Shown here: one piece after another, positions 26,390-35,494 of the stretch
Layout of the letters: every line of letters begins with the position of its first letter
Position numbering within the stretch: position 1 is the first letter of the stretch
Virus record (IMG/VR): IMGVR_UViG_3300022187_000017
Location: 32,001-96,000 of that record
DNA: 64,000 bases
Reading direction: 5' to 3' (one strand)
From: a virus
Position numbers and translations under genes: made by a program
Notes under the pieces: model-generated
What the model saw: the letters and a program-made list of their open reading frames with translations, nothing else
Database searches by the model: none
Told to the model about the DNA's origin: nothing

Positions 26390-26620
26390 TCATGATCTCT
26401 GCTTTGTCTGTTCTAGAATGATCTCTGAATTGATAATATCCCTCTTTGATTTATTGTAGGCTCTCATTGCCTGATCACCTATCCTGATACCAAATGCTGC
26501 TATCTCTCCAGTGATTACTTTGCCTGCATGCTCATTACCATCCAATAGTAATGCTGTTGCTGTTAAAATAACTGATGCCCAGACTGCTGCCCAGAAATTT
26601 GAAATGATTTTATCGTTCAT
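26390..26620 (-). CDS. small membrane protein
   Basis: N-terminal TM helix. Confidence 0.55.
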   Translation of the reverse strand: MNDKIISNFWAAVWASVILTATALLLDGNEHAGKVITGEIAAFGIRIGDQAMRAYNKSKRDIINSEIILEQTKQRS

Positions 26621-26717
26621 GCTATTATTATTATGATTATTATTACTGCAACCATTACAATGAATGGCCAGCTGCAGCCTATTTTCTTGATCTGTCCATT
26701 GGGATATCTCTCTATCT

Positions 26718-26927
26718 TCATGACTTCCCTAGTTTCTTCTCAACCCTATCCACAATAGTCTGTAGGTTCTGGATTGCTTTTGATTCCTCCATCTGATCCT
26801 CATAGACATCCATTGCCTTTGAGAGATCTTCATATGTCTCACACTCTTGTAGCTTTCCAACTAACTTAGAATGTGCAACCACTGCCTGCTGGATCTGATT
26901 CTTCTCTGTCTTACTTAAATTAGTCAT
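26718..26927 (-). CDS. hypothetical protein
   Basis: ATGA-coupled ORF. Confidence 0.55.
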   Translation of the reverse strand: MTNLSKTEKNQIQQAVVAHSKLVGKLQECETYEDLSKAMDVYEDQMEESKAIQNLQTIVDRVEKKLGKS

Positions 26928-27163
26928 GATCTTATCTGTTCTGAATTGTTTAGTAACATCTTAAATTGATTGGATCTCTGTAGCTTACCATCTTCAACAC
27001 CTTGACTCACTCCAGTTGCAAATATATTCTCCACTACATCCTTTAAAGTCATATCTCTATGTATGATCATGTGCTCCTGAGTTATATTACACCAATATCT
27101 ATGCTTGTGAACTGCAGTTTTATCTGGATATATGTCTATTTTAGCTAACTGATTATCTGTCAT
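26924..27163 (-). CDS. hypothetical protein
   Basis: Packed ORF. Confidence 0.55.
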   Translation of the reverse strand: MTDNQLAKIDIYPDKTAVHKHRYWCNITQEHMIIHRDMTLKDVVENIFATGVSQGVEDGKLQRSNQFKMLLNNSEQIRS

Positions 27164-27299
27164 ATTACTTCCATTGATGTTATGTCATCTATACTTGATA
27201 GAGTATTTTCTTCTATCCATCCTAGAGCTCCTATTAGTGTTTCAGCCTCTACTGAAGAGACTGTATTGCAATTATTGAATGTGAAATGATACTTCTTCA

Positions 27300-27512
27300 T
27301 TAGAATGTTATTTCTAGTACAGCCTCATAAATGACAGATACTATTGATGTCAATGCTATTGCTGGGATCCACCAGACTGCATATGTAAATAGTAAATACC
27401 AGTTACCAGTAATGAATGCTACTATCACTGGCACTAACCAGATAGCAAATACTGACACTACTGCTATTAATGTGAATAGGCCTAATAACCCAATTTGGAA
27501 TGATTCTTTCAT
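27300..27512 (-). CDS. small membrane protein
   Basis: Two TM helices; follows a promoter. Confidence 0.6.
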   Translation of the reverse strand: MKESFQIGLLGLFTLIAVVSVFAIWLVPVIVAFITGNWYLLFTYAVWWIPAIALTSIVSVIYEAVLEITF

Positions 27513-27531
27513 GATTCTCTATTTTAAGTTG

Positions 27532-27562
27532 CTAAAGTATAACAAATATATTTAACCTGCAA
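27532..27562 (-). promoter_or_regulatory. Bacteroidota sigmaA-type promoter
   Basis: TTG-N20-TACTTTAG. Confidence 0.7.
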
Positions 27563-27760
27563 ATTTATTATGATCATTATCATCATAGTTACCTAATATG
27601 ATCACCACCATCATAAGTACCAGTATGAACCCTGTTATTCCCTTTGCTGCTCCCTCTATTAGCATATTCATTGACTCTGTTTCCATGTGCTTTAATTTGT
27701 AAGTTATTGACTGCCAATACTCCTCCTACAGTCTTACTTAAAGTGATTGTTTAACTCTTT

Positions 27761-28138
27761 TTACTTCTCAATGTCTTTCTTTCCACTCCTGTTGATGGAG
27801 TTGATCTCTCTCTCAATAGACCTCAGCCTCTCTTGGCCTCCCTCTTTACCTCTGGTATGTTTGTTAGCTCTCTCCCTGAAATGCTTTAAGGCCTTATCTC
27901 TAGTACCCCTGCTCATATCAGTGGGAGCACTGCTTTTAGTGGCTATAATAGTCCAGTCCCCATCCTCTTGATCATCAAAAGGTATACTAACTAGATTTTT
28001 GCCTGTTTTAGGATCCACTATGATGTTCCCCAGTGCATCTGTATTGATAAACTCTTTCCCATTTTGAGAGTATCTACCTGAATGTGATGTCACATGGAAG
28101 ATCTCTCCTGTATCTGGATTCTTAAAGTTGCCCCTCAT
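27761..28138 (-). CDS. hypothetical protein
   Basis: 125-aa ORF with two P.TG motifs. Confidence 0.6.
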   Translation of the reverse strand: MRGNFKNPDTGEIFHVTSHSGRYSQNGKEFINTDALGNIIVDPKTGKNLVSIPFDDQEDGDWTIIATKSSAPTDMSRGTRDKALKHFRERANKHTRGKEGGQERLRSIEREINSINRSGKKDIEK

Positions 28139-28267
28139 CTGTTTATATAATTATAAATGTGTAATGCCATGACTATGATTCCAACCCATGATATTAGTCC
28201 CATTACCCTGAACCCTGTATCCTTTGATTGAAATAACATGCATTGTACAAAATATGTCTTTCTCATC

Positions 28268-28642
28268 TTAACAGTCCTGCCCTCCTTCAGCTCCTTTTAC
28301 CACCTTATCAGCATCTCTCTTCTCTTGGTTATTGATCCTAGCTATTTGCTCTTGCATCCCTAAGAATTTTCTCTCAGATAGGGCAGAAATCATCAGTACC
28401 CCTTTCTCGTCTTTGGCCTCTAGGTCAGTTATGAACCTTCCAATTTGAGATATTAGGTGTTCATCTGTATCATAGAAGAACTTTTCTTTATGCACATGGA
28501 CTGAACCATTACCGATCTCCAGAATGGGATAGGATACTATGTACATGATTACTTCCTTTAACTTCTTTGGTACTCCTACCAACTCTGGCATTGGTAATCC
28601 ATCAAATTCTGGTACTTGTATGTATTCAAGTTTTTTGCTCAT
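28268..28642 (-). CDS. hypothetical protein
   Basis: Packed ORF. Confidence 0.6.
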   Translation of the reverse strand: MSKKLEYIQVPEFDGLPMPELVGVPKKLKEVIMYIVSYPILEIGNGSVHVHKEKFFYDTDEHLISQIGRFITDLEAKDEKGVLMISALSERKFLGMQEQIARINNQEKRDADKVVKGAEGGQDC

Positions 28643-28645
28643 TGC

Positions 28646-29047
28646 TTAATATTTTATGATTCTTACTTCTTTACTGTATTCCTTCATTGTCTCTATCATA
28701 TTCTTAGTGCCATTAGATCCATTCCAGAATGCCACCAGATAATCTGCATATTCTGCCATATCTCTATTCCTTGCATGTCCTGCTCCTTTGAAGTATTTGG
28801 ATCCATCTGGCCTCTCTCCTATCATAAATGGCATCTTACCCTCTATGTTATCCCAGTCTGCAGGCATTCTGGTGAGCTTGTATGCTCTTCTCTTGGCATA
28901 TTGCTCCCCTAACCTATCTGCACCTGCTGCAGTCCCTGAAACGATCTCTAATGTCTCCTTATTGAGTTTTGAGAATAATATATCACATACCTGTTCTAAC
29001 TTTCTCTGATCTTTGAAGTCTCTACCTCCTGCAATTATTACTTTCAT
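28646..29047 (-). CDS. SLOG-family (YspA/DUF2493-like) protein
   Basis: KVIIAGGRDF, IVSG.A.GAD..G..YA, AG..RN..MA..AD..VAFW.GS.GT..MI. Confidence 0.85.
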   Translation of the reverse strand: MKVIIAGGRDFKDQRKLEQVCDILFSKLNKETLEIVSGTAAGADRLGEQYAKRRAYKLTRMPADWDNIEGKMPFMIGERPDGSKYFKGAGHARNRDMAEYADYLVAFWNGSNGTKNMIETMKEYSKEVRIIKY

Positions 29048-29233
29048 CCCTTATTTCTCATCCATCTAAAGGGAATTATACCATCCCATATATCTAATTT
29101 CAAATCCTCCTCATCCATCCATCTTCCCTCAGTAATCCACCATGCATGCATCATAATTAGATCCACTAGATATAATATTGCTACAAATATCACTATTACT
29201 AATATTATTAACTCTTTCATGATTTTAATCTTT

Positions 29234-29262
29234 AAAAAAAGAGGCTAGGCAACCCCAGCCTC
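29234..29262 (-). terminator. intrinsic terminator
   Basis: GAGGCTGGG-GTTG-CCTAGCCTC followed by T7. Confidence 0.8.
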
Positions 29263-29295
29263 TTTCATCTTCTTAGTGGCCATTGGCCTTTTTAT

Positions 29296-29625
29296 TTATG
29301 TAGTATATTCAAGTCTAATGTCAGGCAATGGATCTGGAGTTCTCAGTGATTTACCATTGAATACATTTTCGCTTAAAGTATTAGTAGTTATTAGCTTATG
29401 ATCTCCTATATCTGGAGGTGCATTCACATGCGAATAACTGGTTTCTAGAATAACCATGCTTGGTGACTCCACTGTGCTAAGAGTGTAGCTGTCTACTGAT
29501 ACTTGATCAATGGACATGGTTAGTTCATCTTGTACTGGATCATTGGCCAGCTCCTCTGACTGGAATCCAATGAGTGTGACTGCAAATAGTGCTAGACACA
29601 TAAATAGTCTGAATACATTCTTCAT
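29296..29625 (-). CDS. secreted hypothetical protein
   Basis: N-terminal signal-like helix. Confidence 0.6.
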   Translation of the reverse strand: MKNVFRLFMCLALFAVTLIGFQSEELANDPVQDELTMSIDQVSVDSYTLSTVESPSMVILETSYSHVNAPPDIGDHKLITTNTLSENVFNGKSLRTPDPLPDIRLEYTT

Positions 29626-29661
29626 ACTGTTCTATTTTAATGGTGCTTCATTTCTCAGGTT

Positions 29662-30597
29662 TCAGCTTGCCTGTTTTGTCTTTGTGAAGATCTCTCCCTT
29701 GTGTAAAGATAGGCCTAATAATTTAATATTGGCTATCATATCCTGCTTATTCCAGTATCCTTGACTGGATGCTCCAATGATTTTACCATTGGATGCTGTT
29801 ACTCTCCATCTCCACTTCCATAGCTTTCTATAGATCTCTACTGGATAAGGATGTTGTACTGGCACTTCTGTTTTCATTGTTCTATTGTTATTTGTGTTAC
29901 TATTATACTCAAACCATCTTGATTTGAACAGGAATCTCTTTCTATCTGTTCCTATCATCAGGTTAAAATAGTTTCTCTTTTTATTGAATATTCTCAATAC
30001 TCTTCTTAACCAAACTCTATCAAGGGGAAGTGTAAATGAATATCTAAAGTGCTTTGTTCCTCTTAATCGAAATGTAATCTTTTGTATCCCGAATATGGTT
30101 TTATTTCTCCAGATAAGAGGGTGACCAATTCCTTCTACTTTAAGAACATTGAGATGTTCATTTATCTCTGCACTTGTGTAGTTAGGAGTGATTAATCTTC
30201 CTAATGCTACTTTTGTATTCCATGTCCAGTTACGAAATGCTCCCCATGCATATGAAAGGAAGAATCTCTTGATAGCTCCATAATCCTCTTCAAATATCTG
30301 GTACTTGTCTCGGATGATATTTCCATACGGATCTACCTCATCATCTATCATCTCGTATACCCCATACCAATTATCAATATGAGCTCTCTCTGGGTCTCCT
30401 CCTCCTTGTTCATCTGAATTAGAAACCCACCATAACAATAGCCACTTCCAAAGTGTTGGGTTCTTGTCAATGGATCTCCTGAAGATGTATGCTAGCCAAT
30501 ATAATACAAATCCTACTGGCCATAAGATTAATACTTCAACAATAAACTTGAAGAAGAAGAATTTGAAGTACATCCATATGTTTTCTAAATGTCTCAT
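29662..30597 (-). CDS. membrane protein fused to a C-terminal YegP/DUF1508-like domain
   Basis: N-terminal TM helices; C-terminal WRWRVTASNGKIIGASSQGY..K.D. Confidence 0.6.
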   Translation of the reverse strand: MRHLENIWMYFKFFFFKFIVEVLILWPVGFVLYWLAYIFRRSIDKNPTLWKWLLLWWVSNSDEQGGGDPERAHIDNWYGVYEMIDDEVDPYGNIIRDKYQIFEEDYGAIKRFFLSYAWGAFRNWTWNTKVALGRLITPNYTSAEINEHLNVLKVEGIGHPLIWRNKTIFGIQKITFRLRGTKHFRYSFTLPLDRVWLRRVLRIFNKKRNYFNLMIGTDRKRFLFKSRWFEYNSNTNNNRTMKTEVPVQHPYPVEIYRKLWKWRWRVTASNGKIIGASSQGYWNKQDMIANIKLLGLSLHKGEIFTKTKQAS

Positions 30598-30598
30598 A

Positions 30599-30979
30599 TT
30601 ACCAATGCTTTTTTAGGTTATACTTGAAGTCTAATACCTCCTGTGATACAGATCCTAACACATTGATGTAGATCACATATCTCTCCTCTGGTGTTATCTT
30701 AACACATGCAGTTACATACAGTCCTCCTGTAGATATTGGAAGGATGTCCTTATCATCTACCATCAACTTGATCTTAGATACTAAATCATCTACAGCTCTC
30801 TCTATGATAGGCTCATCATTCTGTGAGTTATCACTTCCATTGACATACTCTACTATCTCCAGATTATATGGATAGTCTTTCTTTTCAATTGTGCATCCTC
30901 TTAATGGGACATCAACTGATACCCAATTCAGTGCCTTACCTATAGGATGATCTTCTAAAAGTATTGTTTTATGTTTCAT
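30599..30979 (-). CDS. hypothetical protein
   Basis: Packed ORF. Confidence 0.6.
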   Translation of the reverse strand: MKHKTILLEDHPIGKALNWVSVDVPLRGCTIEKKDYPYNLEIVEYVNGSDNSQNDEPIIERAVDDLVSKIKLMVDDKDILPISTGGLYVTACVKITPEERYVIYINVLGSVSQEVLDFKYNLKKHW

Positions 30980-31151
30980 CTTCCAGCTTTTACATTGTTA
31001 TAAGCTAACCTCATCACTATAGCATTGAATAACATCACTACTACTAACAATGGACTATCTATAAAGATACCTACTGCTATCCCTATGCCATTTAATATCC
31101 CTGCTGCTATCAGAGATCTCAGCATCCACTTGATCATTTTCTTTGTTGGTT

Positions 31152-31349
31152 TCATTCTATTGATTTAAGATTAAATGATATTTCAAATCCTGTCTTAGCA
31201 ATAGATTTAGTTTTTCCAAAAAAATCACCTTCGACAGTATCATCTTTTTTTACTTCAATTAATTCAGGGATTTTCATAATCCTCATCATTTCAACCATTA
31301 TAGCAAGAGATGTTACTTCCTGTCCTTTTTTAACGACTAATGTTTTCAT
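31152..31349 (-). CDS. hypothetical protein
   Basis: Packed ORF. Confidence 0.5.
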   Translation of the reverse strand: MKTLVVKKGQEVTSLAIMVEMMRIMKIPELIEVKKDDTVEGDFFGKTKSIAKTGFEISFNLKSIE

Positions 31350-31818
31350 AATTCTCTATTGATTTATTGATCTCCTTCATCATCTGATCATAATTCCCTT
31401 TGAACTGCATAGCCTCCATTCTGATCTTCATAGCTATCTTTCTAGCATATCCCTCTGGGATCTCATGTCCCTGTCTTATACTCACTCCATTTACAATTGA
31501 ATACTTCCCCATTATTGAAGAGATTCTGTTGTGAAGTAAGTAGTGCATATCATATGTATCATCTCCTAGTATATTACTATGAGCCTGCTTCAGGCTTTTT
31601 GGAAGGATGAACATAATTGAATAGAAGTGAGATCCTTTCCTTGGAGGAGTTGCTATTGTGGATACATCGATCCCAAAACACTTCTCCTTATCTCTCTTCA
31701 ATTGATAGTGAGGAAATGGTGTTACCACCTTATCAAATCTTCCAGAGCTCTCTAGCTCCTTCTCTATTGCAAATCCCACCATTCTAGTTTTTTGTGTATC
31801 AACTGGCCTTTCTAGCAT
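31330..31818 (-). CDS. hypothetical protein
   Basis: Packed ORF. Confidence 0.6.
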   Translation of the reverse strand: MLERPVDTQKTRMVGFAIEKELESSGRFDKVVTPFPHYQLKRDKEKCFGIDVSTIATPPRKGSHFYSIMFILPKSLKQAHSNILGDDTYDMHYLLHNRISSIMGKYSIVNGVSIRQGHEIPEGYARKIAMKIRMEAMQFKGNYDQMMKEINKSIENYENISR

Positions 31819-32107
31819 CTTTTCTTTTTTTACTTCTTATTAATCCTATGTAGCATCCTAATAGGGATCCTATTAATGAGAATATTATCACTGGGATATA
31901 TCTCATGTCATGTTCTACCATCACCATCAGTACTCCTTTGGCTCCTATAGCTATTGCAATCAACCATAGAACATGAATGAGTCCTCCAGATATAAGAGTC
32001 CTCTTGATGTCACCTTCAGCTATAAAATGAATATTCACAGTCCTAGCATATAAAAATGCCAATTGACTGAGGAATACCACTGCTGATTCAAATATTATAT
32101 CACTCAT
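31799..32107 (-). CDS. small three-TM membrane protein
   Basis: Three hydrophobic segments. Confidence 0.6.
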   Translation of the reverse strand: MSDIIFESAVVFLSQLAFLYARTVNIHFIAEGDIKRTLISGGLIHVLWLIAIAIGAKGVLMVMVEHDMRYIPVIIFSLIGSLLGCYIGLIRSKKRKDARKAS

Positions 32108-32143
32108 AAATTTCTTATTGGATGTCTCCTGCTGCTTTTAATA

Positions 32144-32205
32144 AAGGGAAGGCCATCACACCTTCCCTTCTACTAAATAAACAACAAATATAGGCCATCA
32201 CACCT
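32144..32205. repeat. two hairpins sharing a 14-bp repeat
   Basis: aggccatcacacct at 32150-32163 and 32192-32205; the first copy is enclosed in a 9-bp stem (32144-32169). Confidence 0.75.
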
Positions 32206-32211
32206 AATTTG

Positions 32212-32314
32212 TGATGGGAGGAGACTTGATTCTCCTTAGTAGCTCCCAAATTACTAACCTTTAAAAACTAACTATGAAACTTAGCTACTAATATTGCCCT
32301 TGGCAAATCCCACC
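32212..32314 (-). ncRNA. putative tRNA-like structured RNA with a 38-nt loop
   Basis: GGTGGGA/TCCCATC closing stem plus A; TTGCC-AAG-GGCAA arm; 9-bp TTAGTAGCT/AGCTACTAA stem; GGAGA-ATCAAG-TCTCC arm. Confidence 0.5.
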
Positions 32315-32352
32315 TATCAGAACCCCTTCTGATATACTTTCAATGAACTCTA

Positions 32353-32616
32353 TTATCCCTGCATAGGGATCAATCTTTTTACTACTTCTCTTGTTAAGTG
32401 ATCCACTTGAACTATGAATATCCTTCCTGCTCTGATATCCTCTGCCTCTCTTATCACTCTATGGATCCTGCAGTACATATGTCTAAACTCTGTATCTGTT
32501 TCTCCCTTTAATCTTAACCTATCCAGTAATGTAACCTGAAATAATCCTCTCCCTGTTACTCCTCTGACAGTGTGCTTCTCACCTATCATCTCACTATAAG
32601 GCTTTGTTCTATCCAT
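32353..32616 (-). CDS. hypothetical protein
   Basis: Packed ORF. Confidence 0.55.
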   Translation of the reverse strand: MDRTKPYSEMIGEKHTVRGVTGRGLFQVTLLDRLRLKGETDTEFRHMYCRIHRVIREAEDIRAGRIFIVQVDHLTREVVKRLIPMQG

Positions 32617-32618
32617 TC

Positions 32619-33263
32619 CTACAACTGTCTCTCTCTGGTTAATAGTCCGTATGGCTGTGCTATCTTCATCACTTCTACTGCAAAGTTACTACCTAGCTCC
32701 TGTACTGATCCACTCCATAAAATCCATCCCCAGTAATAGTCTTTCTTAGCTCCTGCTTTCTTAGCCTCTCTCCATTTCTTTGTAGGAAACTTAACACATA
32801 CCCAGTTAGCATCTAATCGATTCTGACCATCCCAATTCTTCTTCAGGTCATCTAACTTAGCTATTAACTCTTGATAGTCTGTAGATGGCTCTGGAGTAGG
32901 TTCTGGAGCTGCCTCTATAAGTGCTAGATGTGACTCTCCTATGATTGTATTCATTTTCTCATTTCTGACTACATATCCATAATGTGAGAAGTTTATTACT
33001 TCTTCTTTCCCTCCATAGTCACCATCATTAGCTTGCCATGCATGGATAGTCAATACAGCATCTCCACCTTCTACATCTTCAATATCCCATTTGATCTCTT
33101 CTCTCATTGAAGGAAGATCACTCTCTCTATAGGCAAGATTGCCATCATGGTTATAGAATACTCTCTCTGCTCCCTTTTCTGAAACTACTGATTCAGTCAT
33201 TCCATAAAGATCTGCTGGATGTGTCACTTTGTCTCCTGATTTGAATTTTGGTAATGTGTTCAT
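32619..33263 (-). CDS. hypothetical two-domain protein
   Basis: SH3-like KFKSGDKV start and a PEPTPEP linker; follows a promoter. Confidence 0.65.
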   Translation of the reverse strand: MNTLPKFKSGDKVTHPADLYGMTESVVSEKGAERVFYNHDGNLAYRESDLPSMREEIKWDIEDVEGGDAVLTIHAWQANDGDYGGKEEVINFSHYGYVVRNEKMNTIIGESHLALIEAAPEPTPEPSTDYQELIAKLDDLKKNWDGQNRLDANWVCVKFPTKKWREAKKAGAKKDYYWGWILWSGSVQELGSNFAVEVMKIAQPYGLLTRERQL

Positions 33264-33292
33264 GATGTACGATTTTTGTTGTTATCTGGGTG

Positions 33293-33323
33293 TAAATATA
33301 TAACCAATATATTTATTGTGCAA
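33293..33323 (-). promoter_or_regulatory. Bacteroidota sigmaA-type promoter
   Basis: TTG-N20-TATATTTA. Confidence 0.75.
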
Positions 33324-33326
33324 CTT

Positions 33327-35420
33327 TTACTTAAAAAACTTTCTTATTTTCTTTGTAATCTTCACCTCAAACTCATGAGGCCCTACATTATTAGTGGTGT
33401 TACAGTCATTACACATATACAAATAGAAATTTAATCCTAGGTGATTTCTTCTAGAACATGGATCCTCTACATCTATAAATGGATGCTGGCCTGCCTCTGG
33501 AGTTCTCTCTGGAATCCTATGGCTTACTCTATAATTCTGGTAATATACTGGTAGTTCCTCTCTGGATACATTAAGTACCCACATGAGCTCTCTGTAGTGA
33601 GTAATGATCAACTTCTTAACTGATGTTGCTGTATTGGATCCACAGCACATGCATTCCTGATCCCTCTCTATTGTCTTTCCTATACCTACTCCAGCAGTTT
33701 GACTTCTAGCCTTACTGATTGTTACCACTCCTCCAAATGGATAGTATTGGCCACTTACTGCTGGAGCTAAGTCCCCTAATACTTTGTAAGAATCAACATT
33801 ATCCATGAATGAGATATTCTTTCCTTCCATTAACCTTGGCATGATCTCATCATATCGACTATTAAACATCTGGTTTAACTTATATGTATCAACTTCATAC
33901 CTATTACCTAGTTCATTAATCTTAGGTAAGATGGATCTAACTACCATATCACCCAATAACCTCTCTGAGAGGAGCTCATATTCATCCTGAGAGGCTATTT
34001 TGTCTGCCTCATACTCCCTAGACTTGGTTACTAAGCTATATGGATTCAATGTAAATACTCCAGTAAACCCATAAACTGACTCTATAGATCCTATGATCCC
34101 ATTGAATATATCCTTCCTGACCTCATCCCATCCATTGAGATGGTTAGTACTCATCAAATTGATAGTTTCCTTCTTGACCATCTTATCATGTATGAAGTCT
34201 ACTCCTGAGACTATCTCCTTCACATCATTCTTCTTAGATTGGATCAATCTCATCAGACTATCTGCCATCAATATCATCAATAATCTAGCCTGACCTGATG
34301 TATTTCTTGCCAGATCTAAACTCAAAATATTATTGTGATTCTCAGATACTGATAATGTCTTAAACTCTGCATCCCATCTGGCCACTATATAACCATCCTT
34401 CTTGAACTCTACAGCTATTAGAGATGGATTAGCTCCTCCAGATGTAACATAGTAACATATGTCAAAATCAACATCCATATCAGTTACATCCTTCCTAACC
34501 AAATCAGTTACATGATTAAAAAACCTCTTAGAGCTTTCAGATGTCCAGCTAGATGAATGACTACTAGAATTAGCCTTATTAGCATAATCCATTCCTGTTA
34601 TAGCATCTATTCTATCTACCATATTATCAAGTAACTGATATGGGAACTCAACTATCCCATCTAATGCAGATAGGTGATCTATGAATTCAAACCTCTTGAT
34701 ACTTGTACCATTAAATGACCTCTGATCAGTTACTATCCAAACACTATCTAATTTGTGTAATGCTATGATAAAATTGGAGTTAGAGATGTCTACTGGATCT
34801 AGATTCAAGAATAGTGATACCCAAACCTGTCCATCTATTGCTGGTAATGTCTTATATACCTCAGCTATCCAACTATTAAGACTCCTACCTAACCCCATCA
34901 CTGGATGTACTGTCCATCTATCTGCACTCTGGATGTTGGCCACTCCTGACTTGTATTTATATACCTCAAAAGTATTATCCTCCACAACCAATTTATTGAC
35001 CATATCTATGATCTCTGGAGTAACTTCAGGATTTGAATGTGCCATTATTGGATTGTCATAGATAGATTCTATTATTGGCTGATATGTTGCCTTCTTCCAT
35101 TGCTCATATATGATTATTAATCTGGATAGAATGTCTATATATTCCTTCAAGAACTTAGTCCTCTTTGGGTTTAGATCCTTATGACCATATACCTGTACGA
35201 AGTTACAGAATCCCCTCTCATAGATCCCTGAAGTAAATGGAATAGCATCATACAATTGATTAATTGCTAATGCATAGTTTGTATTTAGTAAGTTTTTTGA
35301 TTGAAATACTTTGATTTTTAGGTGATGCTCTTGATGATCTTGTGCTACCTCATCAGGCTTCCAGCCAAAGTATGCAATTAGATCATCACATACTGCATTC
35401 AGTTCTTTTATAAAAGACAT
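33327..35420 (-). CDS. large hypothetical protein with C-terminal Cys motifs
   Basis: 697 aa; CMCCG ... CNDC. Confidence 0.7.
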   Translation of the reverse strand: MSFIKELNAVCDDLIAYFGWKPDEVAQDHQEHHLKIKVFQSKNLLNTNYALAINQLYDAIPFTSGIYERGFCNFVQVYGHKDLNPKRTKFLKEYIDILSRLIIIYEQWKKATYQPIIESIYDNPIMAHSNPEVTPEIIDMVNKLVVEDNTFEVYKYKSGVANIQSADRWTVHPVMGLGRSLNSWIAEVYKTLPAIDGQVWVSLFLNLDPVDISNSNFIIALHKLDSVWIVTDQRSFNGTSIKRFEFIDHLSALDGIVEFPYQLLDNMVDRIDAITGMDYANKANSSSHSSSWTSESSKRFFNHVTDLVRKDVTDMDVDFDICYYVTSGGANPSLIAVEFKKDGYIVARWDAEFKTLSVSENHNNILSLDLARNTSGQARLLMILMADSLMRLIQSKKNDVKEIVSGVDFIHDKMVKKETINLMSTNHLNGWDEVRKDIFNGIIGSIESVYGFTGVFTLNPYSLVTKSREYEADKIASQDEYELLSERLLGDMVVRSILPKINELGNRYEVDTYKLNQMFNSRYDEIMPRLMEGKNISFMDNVDSYKVLGDLAPAVSGQYYPFGGVVTISKARSQTAGVGIGKTIERDQECMCCGSNTATSVKKLIITHYRELMWVLNVSREELPVYYQNYRVSHRIPERTPEAGQHPFIDVEDPCSRRNHLGLNFYLYMCNDCNTTNNVGPHEFEVKITKKIRKFFK

Positions 35421-35494
35421 ATATTTTGCGAAATTAATTCAACTCTATTCAAATCCTACCTGCAAAAGTAGTGTAGATATATGGTAAATACAAA

